This document shows positions 20,001-30,680 of a stretch of DNA of 64,000 bases, in pieces. The stretch is from contig OZ037839.1 of the NCBI GenBank assembly GCA_964035575.1, forward strand, positions 682,001-746,000, given 5' to 3'. The translations under genes and the position numbers were made by a program. Source of the DNA: Rhynchopus sp. YZ270_cl-10. Taxonomy: Eukaryota. A model generated the notes under the pieces. It was not told the origin of the DNA. It saw only the letters and a list, made by a program, of their open reading frames with translations, and ran no database searches. The stretch's first letter is position 1, and each line of letters begins with the position of its first letter.

Positions 20001-22362
20001 TAGGGGCGTCAGCCTAGGGGGTTTTTCTGTCACAAAACCATTTTTTTGAGTTTTAGGTTAGGGCTTAGTTATTATTTTTTTTTGGTACGCGTCCGGGACC
20101 CCCCTCAAATTTTGAGCGCGCGCGGGCAAAAAAAAATAAAATACCAAAAAAAAATAACTTGTTTTGGCTGCAAAATCAATGTTGTGCCCAAAAAAAAAAA
20201 TTTCGAAAAAAAAATATTCGGAAAAAAAAATTGTTGAAATTTTCCAACTTTTTTTTTTATACTTTTCTATGCACACCACACCGGCATATTTTTTTTTATT
20301 TTTTATTTTTTATCATGGATGTACAAAGTACTTTTTTCCAGAAAGTAAAAAAAAGTAGAAAAATCCCAGTACTTGATACTTCAAGTACTTGACCCGTTTT
20401 TTTTTTTTTTTTTACTTGATTACTTTTTTTTTTGCATCAAGTACTTGATTCGGCAAAAAAATGGAAAAGTACTTGAATAAATTCAAGTACTTTTCCATTT
20501 TTTTTACTTTTTTTGCCAATTCAAGTACTTGATGCAACAAAAAAAGTAATCAAGTACAAAAAAAGTGAAAGTACTTGAAGGAAAAAAAGTACTTGAAGCA
20601 AGAAAAAAATATTTTTTTCTTTTTTTTTTAAATCGATCAAGTACTTGAAGTACACCAAAAAAAGTGAAAAAAAGTAATAAAGTACTTTGTACATCGATGC
20701 TTTATTTTTGGATTTCCAAAAATTTGAGCGCGCGCGGACGCGTACCAAAAAAAAAAAATAACTAAGCCCTTAAGAAACCCACTAAAATAGTCGTATTTGG
20801 CCCCAAAACCACCTCCCGATCACAAAAATATGTCAATAAAACCACAGACGACCTTAACAGAGGCTTTGTTACCAAAAAAAATCGGTGTTTTTATGAAAAA
20901 ACACCCTAAAACCGCGTAACGCTCGCGTAACGCTATTTACCGATTTTCGGACCCTTTTTGAAATATGGCTCTAAGTTCCACCAAGTCCCTCTAAACACCC
21001 CAAAACCGCCTGGGTACCCCTCGGGATAGGTTCTGGGGTGAAAATATGTGGCTTTGGGGGCTTTTCTGGCCCCCAGAGGCGTCTCAGAGCTATTTGACAC
21101 ACCCGAAGGTTCCATTTTTTATCAAAAAATGCTTGCTTTTTTACCTTGTCATGAGCATTAACACCCCCAATGAGACCCCCAGAACGTCTCTAAAGTCCAA
21201 AAATCACCCCGGAATTGATTCCCGGACCTCATCATAGGTGGAGTACCATGTTTTTGGGGTCAAAAATGCGTTGTGGTCCATTGCTGTTCCCCCTGACAAT
21301 GAGCGATAGAGTAGCGATAGAATAGAAATATGACCACCTCCAGGAAACCAAAATTTTCAAGACAAACCAAAAAAAATGTGTACTAAGGTGTATAAACACT
21401 CTACACCGCCTGGGTACCCCTCAGGATAGGTTCTGGGGTGAAAATATGTGGTTTTGGGGGCTTTTCCGGCCCCCAAAGACGTCTCAGAGATATTTTTCAC
21501 ACCCAAAAACTGCAGTTTAGCTCCCCCTTATACCCCTGTAGGATAAAACTGCAGTTTTTGAGTGTGAAAAATATCTCTGAGACGTCTTTGGGGGCCGGAA
21601 AAGCCCCCAAAACCACATATTTTCACCCCAGAACCTATCCTGAGGGGTACCCAGGCGGTGTAGGGTGTTTATACACCTTAGTACACATTTTTTTTGGTTT
21701 GTCTTGAAAATTTTGGTTTCCTGGAGGTGGTCATATTTCTATTCTATCGCTACTCTATCGCTCATTGTCAGGGGGAACAGCAATGGACCACAACGCATTT
21801 TTGACCCCAAAAACATGGTACTCCACCTATGATGAGGTCCGGGAATCAATTCCGGGGTGATTTTTGGACTTTAGAGACGTTCTGGGGGTCTCATTGGGGG
21901 TGTTAATGCTCATGACAAGGTAAAAAAGCAAGCATTTTTTGATAAAAAATGGAACCTTCGGGTGTGTCAAATAGCTCTGAGACGCCTCTGGGGGCCAGAA
22001 AAGCCCCCAAAGCCACATATTTTCACCCCAGAACCTATCCCGAGGGGTACCCAGGCGGTTTTGGGGTGTTTAGAGGGACTTGGTGGAACTTAGAGCCATA
22101 TTTCAAAAAGGGTCCGAAAATCGGTAAATAGCGTTACGCGAGCGTTACGCGGTTTTAGGGTGTTTTTTCATAAAAACACCGATTTTTTTTGGTAACAAAG
22201 CCTCTGTTAAGGTCGTCTGTGGTTTTATTGACATATTTTTGTGATCGGGAGGTGGTTTTGGGGCCAAATACGACTATTTTAGTGGGTTTCTTAACCTAAA
22301 ACTCAAAAAAATGGTTTTGTGACAAGGTTTCTTAAGGATTTCCTTAAGGGCTGACGCCCCTA
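20001..22362. mobile_element. Foldback element: nearly perfect ~0.8-kb inverted arms, centre ~21530
   Basis: 20771-21513 is the reverse complement of ~21550-22293; termini TAGGGGCGTCAGCC / GGCTGACGCCCCTA. Confidence 0.85.
20061..20769. mobile_element. PIF/Harbinger (Tourist-like) MITE nested in the left arm of the foldback
   Basis: TIR GGGCTTAGTTATT...GGTACGCGTCC / GGACGCGTACC...AATAACTAAGCCC; TTA TSD, confirmed by the empty site TTTTAGGTTAAGAAACCC in the opposite arm; many internal AAGTACTT motifs. Confidence 0.85.
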
Positions 22363-24871
22363 GGCATACCTAGAAAGCGAATATGATATTCGGCCTATAT
22401 TCGGATCCGAATATGCGTATTCGCCCTATATTCGGATCCGAATATAGGCGAATATAGGCCGAATATGACCCGAATACACGTATCACCAACAGGAATGTAT
22501 CATATTTTTGAAATAGACCCCACCACGTTCCGCAATTGGCTCGGAAAATCCAAAAATGGGGGGGAAGGGGAAAAAAAGAGAAAAAAAAGTCCAAAAAAAA
22601 AGAAGAAAGAAAGTCACTTTTGTATTTCGAAGCCCCGCGGGCTTTCCATGAATTTTCGCCGAAAATTATCGCGTTTAGGTTTGCACAATATATGACGTGC
22701 TTCGGTGAATTCTTTTCGGTGCACCCCTACACTATCAACAGGAATTTATCAGTTTAAACGCTAAAAAAAATATCATCAATGGGCCCAAAAAGCAGAAAGA
22801 GGAAGGTCGACGAGACGACCATTGTCTCGAGCAACACGGACGCGAGCGATTCCTCTTCCACCAGGGCACAAACAAAGAAAAGAGTGAAAAAATCAGCGAA
22901 GAAGGCAACGAATAAGCCTTCTACAAAGACTGCAAGCAAGCCACCAGCCAAGAAAGGCGGCGCGATAGAGAAGACCCCGGCGGAGAAGCGCAAAGAGACC
23001 ATAGAGTCTCGGAAGAAGCTGAAGGAGGTGTCGGCGGAGGCGAAGGCGGGATCGTCGGTAACCGCGCAGGGTCGTTTAACCGCGCTGGAGAAGTACGACC
23101 GATCAATTGCAGAGTGTTATGAAGTATGTATCGCTAAAAATGTATTAAAAAACCGGTCAGTATAGAACAAAATGAGGGGCCACACTGCTACGGCGGCGCT
23201 AAAGTGACTAGGGTGAATACAAAGTAATAAAAAATAAAAAAAATGTAGCAAATAACAAAAAAATCTCAGGTAATGGAGGTTGATGAGCTCCCCTTCGAGG
23301 AAAAGGCAGCAGCGAAGAAAACAGGGCGAAAGGGAGACGACACAGTTCTTTTTTGTGTACATTGCCGTGGAGTGGTGCAACACGGTGAAAGTAGTACCGC
23401 CAAGGTACACGTCCAAAGCGACCGCCACAAAAATAATGAGCGTAGGGAGAAGAAGAAGAAGAAGAAGGCTGCAGCTCCAGTTGGTGACACGAAGGAGAAG
23501 CGGCAGCAGGTGTTGACGCCGGTGATGGGGTTGGCGGCGTTTGTCACAACATGGGCATTGGCTGTGCTGGTCTGCGGACTCACAGAACGCCAAGCCGACA
23601 TTATGTCGCTGCCAGTGCGTCCCCTCTTCGGAGAGGACTTCCCAACCGGGAAAACGGTCCTGGGCCGCTCCACGAAGTTCGTGAAGGAGATCGAGGGTGT
23701 GCTACTGAAGTTGGTTGAAGGGAAACCAATCCCTCTCGGGATAGATGGATCGGGTATGCTAATAAACAAATGACCACTATCCCAAAATTTTTATTGCAGG
23801 ACAGAGACACCTGGGTTTTTCGACATTGTGCATTGTAGCGTTCGTTGCAGGCCAAGCCCTCCTCATTCATATGGACGTAAAAGATACTGGAGAAGTCCAC
23901 TGTGGTCGAGATGTGAAGGATGCTATCAACACAGCTCGAAAAAAATTTAATATCGCGCATTCTCCCGTGGTTGCTGATTATGGATCGATAAATGTGGTAG
24001 GGTTGACCTGTTCGAGTTCTGGAGTCCAAGAGGCAGTGGAGGGTTACGCTTCCCGAATTTAGCGCCACACGTCCATGGATGGCTTTCAACCCCGATCAGC
24101 GTAACCTCAGTTGATGGATTATTTTCTTCCTTAAGTGCAATGAAAAATAAACGCTCCTCGAATTTATCTAAGGAAAAGTTTATTGAGAAGCTGATGCTGC
24201 GGAAGAACGGCAAGCTCCTTGGATTGCTTCAGGACAAGAAGGGGCTCCTCGGCGAGGCGGTGGAGCAGTCGGAATCGTCAGATTCCGACTGTGAGCCTCT
24301 CGCCGAGGAGCTCGAGATGATACCAGTGTTCTAAATGCTGGTATCATCTCGAGCTGCTTTTTCATGAGCAAACAAAAAAAAAAAACAAAAAAAAACCCCT
24401 CTTTGTTTGCACTACTCCTACTACTACTTCAATCTTAAGTCCACACCCACGTGGCGGACGCTTTGGCATGCGTCTGTAAGGACAGCCTTGATACTTTCTG
24501 TATTGCCTCTTTTCCATCAACAGTGCTTTTTGTGCTTTCAACTTCTCTTGTTTTTGCAAAGACACCGATCATCAAAAGACCCCCACACCCACCCCCCAAT
24601 ACACGCGTTTCGCTACCTCATGTCCCCACCCACCCCCATCCAAACTCACTCACACCCTTTCTGCAGTCTAGATTCTGTGTATTCGGATCCGAATATAGGG
24701 CGAATATGATATTCGGCCTATATTCGGATCCGAATATAGGCCGAATATGCATATTCGGCCTATATTCGGATCCGAATACGATATTCGGATCCGAATATAG
24801 GCCGAATATGGCCCAAGAATTTTGGATCCGAATATAGGCCGAATATCATATTCGCTTTCTAGGTATGCCTA
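22361..24871. mobile_element. hAT-family DNA transposon (deletion derivative)
   Basis: TIR TAGGCATACCTAGAAAGCGAATATGATATTCGGCCTATATTCGGATCC at both ends; subterminal TATTCGGATCCGAATA palindromes; transposase remnant inside. Confidence 0.85.
22779..24334 (+). pseudogene. Spliced hAT transposase (CGGBP1-like BED finger), internally deleted and frameshifted
   Basis: Exons 22779-23123, 23270-23753 and 23800 onward (GT-AG, frames consistent). Motifs: LFCVHC...KVHVQSDRH, LGIDGS, VVADYGS. At ~24003 it jumps to the hAT dimerisation domain DLFEFW..RFPNLA..WLSTPISVTSVDGLFS in another frame. Confidence 0.8.
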
Positions 24872-25806
24872 GGGGGGGGGGGGGGGGGGGGTTGTTTTGG
24901 AATCTGAGTGGGATTTTTTGTATCGACAATCACCTACCGAGGTAGGATCTGTACATAATGTCGCCCGAAGGCTTTGTACTTAATCGGTATGAGTCCATCC
25001 TCCTTTTTTTTCTTTTTCCGGATAGGATTGGCAAGTGGAGGTACCATTTGGTCTACACCGTAAGGTGCCTTTCATCTGCAACTGCATCCCTCTCAGCCCA
25101 ATAAGCGTTAACTCATTGGGTGGAATCTGAGTGGAATTTTTCGGACAGGTATTAGCAATGGAGTTACCATTGTTATCCTACTGGACGCCGTAAGGCACCT
25201 TTCCCGCGTGGATTGTAGCTGATTTAATGAGCCGTCTGCAGATCCACCGGGGAGTGAAAAGTAGGGGGGTTGTGCAGATTTCCTCTATTCCCTTAGGCTG
25301 GGCAAAGTGGAGACTACTGGAAGCGCTGAGAAGGAACCTTATTTTGGGTTACAGATGGAGTGTGCAGCAAGACGTAGGGAAATGAGTATGACAAAAAAAG
25401 AGGGTGGTTCGAAAAAAGCTTTTCTTTTTTTTTTGGGAAAGGAAGGGGGTAAATTCCTAGGGAATATTGCCAAGGGAGAAGGGGTGTGTGGAGGTTTCGT
25501 GTTATCTGTAAAATATTTTTTTTTGTTAAAAACTGGGTTTGGCTCTTTTGCCAAGACCAAAAATTTAGAAAAAAAGAAAAAAAGGATATAGTCCACACAG
25601 AAGGGCTAGTTTAAAAAAAGGGGGGGAGGTCGCCTCGTCCTCACTGTGTTGTTAGTCAGCTTCAACACTTTCGTAAAAAGAAGAAGCGGTGTTGTGTAAC
25701 AAACACCCGTCCAGATTTCGGTAGAAACTGACTGTCCGGGTGTAGTGGAGCAGGAGGGGGGGCAAGGGGGCAAGGGGTAAGGGGGTAAAGGGGTAAAGGG
25801 GAGCTG

Positions 25807-25921
25807 CACGACAGTGAAGTAAACGACGTGGCTTGTGGATTTACTTCTGGTTATACTGTTGTAAGCCAACGGTGAAATCACAAAGAAAACCATAAGTCAA
25901 GTCATTTACTTCACCGTCGTG
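25807..25921. mobile_element. MITE of the same family as 17164, 2-bp TSD (TG)
   Basis: CACGACAGTGAAGTAAA ... TTTACTTCACCGTCGTG, with TG on both flanks. Confidence 0.75.
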
Positions 25922-26268
25922 TGAGGTGGTATAAAAAAAAGAGGGGGAAAATGGAATTTGTAAGATGAATGTGCCTCTCGTGCACATATATCTATGAGAG
26001 GGGAAATGGTTGGTTTTCTCTCTGTTTTGCTCTTTGTTTTTGAAGAAGAAAAGGCATTTTTTTGTTTGCTGTTAAAATGCAAAATATTAAAGAAGCAAAA
26101 TCGCTCTTAACCCCTTTTTGTGAGTATCTAGACTTGCTATCTTTTAGGCTAACACTCTTTTGTGAGAAAGAATTTTAGCAAAATGGGAAAAATGGGAAAA
26201 ACTAACCAAAAAAGGGATAGGGGGGTTTTTGATAAATAAATATTTTTTTTTTTTTTTTTTTTTTTTTT

Positions 26269-26634
26269 ACTGGTTTTCTTCCTTGCTTTCGTATTTTTTG
26301 TTTTCTTTATCTATGTGGATCCCCCCCAGTGAACCGTTAGGGACCCCGCTCTGCCGTGGCAGTCGTGGTTAGCGTTGTCATGTTTGTCTGTAGCACACAA
26401 GTAAGAAGAGAGACTCTAGGTCTCATTGGCGTCTGTTTCTCAAAAGTTTGGTTGTTGTTCTACTCTTGTGGGTTGCCGTTAAACGGAAGCGCCTCCCCAT
26501 TTACCACGAAAATCGGGGGGAACATACAGGCTGCACAGATCTCCCCCCACTATGTGGCAGTCGAGCCTTGTTACGTGGCTCCCTGGCCTGACTGCGAACT
26601 CCGCGCAACCTCACACGAGGTTAACCACGGAGTC
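26269..26634 (-). repeat. 366-nt structured unit with poly(A) tail, copy 1
   Basis: Nearly identical to 27909-28274 and 28429-28794; followed by an A-run on the minus strand. Confidence 0.85.
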
Positions 26635-27220
26635 AAAAGGAAAATTTTTTTTTTTGAATAGATAAAAGCAATAAATTACTTTTTATTTAAAACAAAAGGC
26701 ACTCCGTATCCAAAACAAAAGGGAGAAGGGGAGGGAATGTTAGGGGAAGGGGGCAACAAGTGGGGAAAAAGGTGAAAAATGTGCAACGCTCTTCTCAGCC
26801 GACCGGATGCCTCTTCTAGAAGAAAATAATTGAAGTTGACAATCAGTGTGGGTATCTCTGGGCTGCACGATAAAAAAGAAAGTGAAATTATTAATGCAGG
26901 CACCTCCCGCTGACCCACTGTACGATGCCAGCTGGATGAAAGCACAAAAAAAAAAGAAGGTAATACGAAGCCCTCTCGTGACAGTGTACTTCCAGAATAA
27001 GCGCCTTAAATTAGATTTTGAAAGATGAATGAATGTGTCTCACAATTTTAAAAAAAAAAGAAAATGGAATTTAGTGCAAACACGTCTGTGGACGCAGGCA
27101 CCGGGGGGAAAAGAAAAAGAAAAAGGTTGGTAAGCCTCCCGTGCTTAGCCACCGTCAAATAAGTGCAAGGGGTCGGAGTGGGGGAATGAACCTGATAGGA
27201 CCGAATGTAGAAATTATACA

Positions 27221-27546
27221 CCGTAATCGTAAAAAAGCTGGGACGTAAAAATATCCCAAGTTTCAGATTTTTCCCAGTTTTATTACGTCCCAGAATTGTT
27301 GGAGCGGTTTCCCCGTACTAGTCAATTTTTTGGGGTGTGGGTGGTGCGGCTGGTTGGCGGGGGATCACAACCGGCCCAAGTATACTTTATTTGCTTGTTG
27401 GCCATATTTGGGTTTGCACTGAAGTGCATGGGGAGGGAGGGAGGACACTTCCCCACACAGACAATTCTGGGACGTAACAATGCCCCAGAAGTTTGAAAAA
27501 TCCAAAATGTCCCAGTTTTTGTTACCCAGAATATTTACGATTACGG
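27221..27546. mobile_element. MITE with CCGTAATCGTAAA TIR (Tc1/pogo-like ends)
   Basis: CCGTAATCGTAAA ... TTTACGATTACGG with internal CTGGGACGTAA/TCCCAG repeats; TA on the right flank only. Confidence 0.6.
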
Positions 27547-27720
27547 TATTTTTTTGTAACCTTCTTTTTCCTTGTTTTTTTTTTTTGCTGTTCTCTTTTT
27601 TGAAACCCGGTTTTTTAATTTTTTTTTTGCACACGCCCACTAATATTTTCCCGTGTATTATTTATTTCTCTTTTTTTTTCCTTTGCTTCTTCCTCTCTCT
27701 ATCTATGTTGCTCCTCTGTT

Positions 27721-28388
27721 CTATAGAATCACACAGCACCCGCTGTCCGTCTCCTTCTTCTTCGAGGCTGCCCTCTCTTCCTTCTCCGCCTTCTCGTCGG
27801 CTACGTGGTACCTGTTGTGTTTAAAAAACCGATTTTATGTCAACTGACCTGACATCAGGTGGTGAAAAACAATACAGCTGTATTTTTTTTTTTTTTTTTT
27901 TTTTTTTTACTGGTTTTCTTCCTTGCTTTCGTATTTTTTGTTTTCTGTATCTATGTGGATCCCCCCCAGTGAACCGTTTGGGACCCCGCTCTGCCGTGGC
28001 AGTCGTGGTTAGCGTTGTCATGTTTGTCTGTAGCACACAAGTAAGAAGAGAGACTCTAGGTCTCATTGGCGTCTGTTTCTCAAAAGTTTGGTTGTTGTTC
28101 TACTCTTGTGGGTTGCCGTTAAACGGAAGCGCCTCCCCATTTACCACGAAAATCGGGGGGAACATACAGGCTGCACAGATCTCCCCCCACTATGTGGCAG
28201 TCGAGCCTTGTTACGTGGCTCCCTGGCCTGACTGCGAACTCCGCGCAACCTCACACGAGGTTAACCACGGAGTCAAAAGGAAAAAGAAAATATGATAAAA
28301 TAAAAAATTTATAAAGTGCACCCAAGCCCCCCGGGGCCTGGGCACTTTATAAATTAAAAGGAAAAGCAATGATTTGTTTTTTTTTGTT

Positions 28389-28422
<34 letters not shown>

Positions 28423-29628
28423 TTTTTTACTGGTTTTCTTCCTTGCTTTCGTATTTTTTGTTTTCTTTATCTATGTGGATCCCCCCCAGTGAACCGTTAG
28501 GGACCCCGCTCTGCCGTGGCAGTCGTGGTTAGCGTTGTCATGTTTGTCTGTAGCACACAAGTAAGAAGAGAGACTCAAGGTCTCATTGGCGTCTGTTTCT
28601 CAAAAGTTTGGTTGTTGTTCTACTCTTGTGGGTTGCCGTTAAACGGAAGCGCCTCCCCATTTACCACGAAAATCGGGGGGAACATACAGGCTGCACAGAT
28701 CTCCCCCCACTATGTGGCAGTCGAGCCTTGTTACGTGGCTCCCTGGCCTGACTGCGAACTCCGCGCAACCTCACACGAGGTTAACCACGGAGTCAAAAAG
28801 AAAAAGAAAATATGATAAAATAAAAAATTTATAAAGTGCACCCAAGCCCCCCGGGGCCTGGGCACCTTATAAATTAAAAGGAAAAAAAATGATATGTTTT
28901 TTTTTTTTTTTTTTTTTTTTGCTTTTTTTTGATAAATTGTTGCAGTAGTGTAGTTGCCTCGGTTGTGTTGCCACAGTTTGTGCAATCTCCGCTGTATTTT
29001 TATTCAGTTGGTGTAGCCGCCATTTCGGTCTCAACTACCTCTCGCTCCCCCCACCCAGCCCTAAAACATACCAATAATTTATCGCAAGCAGCACTTCGAC
29101 TCTCTTCAGGTCGCCTGTTGCGCAGACGTCTGCGTATTCAAATACCTTCTTCACCTCCTCGTCTGTTACTGTGGTGCCTTCGTTCAGCTCTGTCAACAAT
29201 GCTTTGGTCTGGTTGTGCGAGAGAGATCCGGACTTGTCTGTGTCGTACTTATCAAGCACCTCGTCGATGGAGGCCTTGTCTTGCAGATAGGAGTTCCAGA
29301 TGGTAATGGCTCCGACCAACTCCTCGCGGTCGATCCGCTTGTTACGGCTCTTGTCTGCGACCTGCATGACAAAGGCTATCTCTTCCTCAGTGGGTTTCGT
29401 CCCAGGTGGGGTGCTATAGTCAAGATCCGTCAATAGTAATACGACCTGGGCCTCGTCCAGCGAGCCGGATTTATCCTTGTCGTATTTCTCCATGATCCCG
29501 CTCACGATCTGTTCTGCCCGCTTGCGTTCCTGTCGTGCCCGTGCGGCTGCAGCGGAGCGCTTCTTCCCTTGTGCATTGATACTATTCCTCCTTGCAGAGG
29601 CGATCGCACCAAAGCGACCCGCAAACAT
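27721..29628 (-). CDS. EF-hand Ca2+-binding protein with C-terminal CaaX (2 exons)
   Basis: EF loops DKDKSGSLDEAQ, DKSRNKRIDREE, DTDKSGSLSHNQ, DVCATGDLKRVE. A phase-2 intron 29071..27812 (GTATGT...CAACAG) joins NYW to YHVADEKAEKEERAASKKKETDSGCCVIL*. Confidence 0.85.
27909..28794 (-). repeat. Copies 2 and 3 of the 366-nt unit, tandem (520-bp period), inside the EF-hand intron
   Basis: Direct sequence comparison shows 1-3 substitutions between copies. Confidence 0.85.
28931..28991 (-). repeat. ~60-nt poly(A)-tailed short repeat (also 31046, 54212, 61118)
   Basis: Plus strand T-run followed by GATAAATTGTTGCAGTAGTGTAGTTGCCTCGGTTGTGTTGCCACAGTT.TGCAAT in four places. Confidence 0.8.
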
Positions 29629-30680
29629 AGTCACCTTTGTGTTTGTGTCTTCCTAATGAGGGGTGGGAAATGCTGTGTTTTGGGGAAATTTATACAAAAA
29701 AATGGTGTGGCCGACGACCCCAAATTAGCAGATAGTAGCACAAAAATAGCACCCCCTTTCAGCCACACCAAAAAAGGTGACTTGAAATACAAAGCCCTCA
29801 AACAGTGTACCTTGGTTTGACCGGCTGTACCGTGGGGGTGGGCCACCCATGCAGTGGTTACATCTGATATGTGCTTCTCCCGCTTCCACTCATAGGTCAG
29901 ATGAATGAAAGGATCGTTGCAAACACAGAAACGCGAATCCTGATGTAGTGTCCGGTTGGGGTCCTCTGCCTTTGTGGGAGAGGCTAATGAGGAGCACAAA
30001 CCCTGAGTCGCTAATTTGGGCGGGGGGGAGGAAAATGGATTGTCGTAGCTGGGGAGAAAGGAAGTCATATTGTTTTGTTTCTTTTTGTGTTTTTTTTAAA
30101 ATAAAAAAAGAGGATCTCTGTTCCCGTCGAGGTTTTTTTATATGCCTGTAGACGATATCACATCAGTACTCTTTTTTTCGTCCGCATTTAATTTTTTTTT
30201 TTTAAAGGAATACCACCACAAAAAAAAAAAAGCCCCCAGAAAGAGAAATTGAAAGTGCAAAACACCATATCGTACATCGACGCAGGGGCACTGGTTCTCC
30301 ATAAATCAAAACAAACTGTAGTTGTTGATGCAGGCACCTCTGACTGACCCACGTACGATGCCAGCCATCCGGATGAAAGCACAATCTCTCAGTATCCCAT
30401 TTTCTTTTCGTCGTTTCAACAATCACCTGTCCGAGGACGGGTTCTGTACACTTTTTGCTGTGTCGACAATCACCTGCTAGTGCAGGATCTTTTTTCTTCT
30501 TTTTTTTCATTTTCACCCCAATCCTTTCATTACCCAACCCCCTTCTCCCAAACCCCCAAAATACTGTGCTTAAGTAACACAGAGCGGCAAAAAAAAGCTC
30601 ATTTTCCCCCCACAACCATCCATTTTTCCGAAGTTGAAATTCTCTGAGGAATGTCTCTCCTGATAAACAAAATGAAAAAT

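Noticed and set aside
22380..22480. CRISPR-like palindromic repeats (also 52160-53050, 13910-14000)
   Set aside because: No unique regular spacers and no cas genes; they are transposon subterminal repeats in eukaryotic DNA.
26330..26345. CCCTAAC as a telomerase RNA template
   Set aside because: Too short, and mutated in copy 2.
26356..26661. Hydrophobic ~100-aa plus-strand ORF in the triplicated unit
   Set aside because: No ATG start in two copies, antisense to the locus and runs into homopolymers; no recognisable motif.
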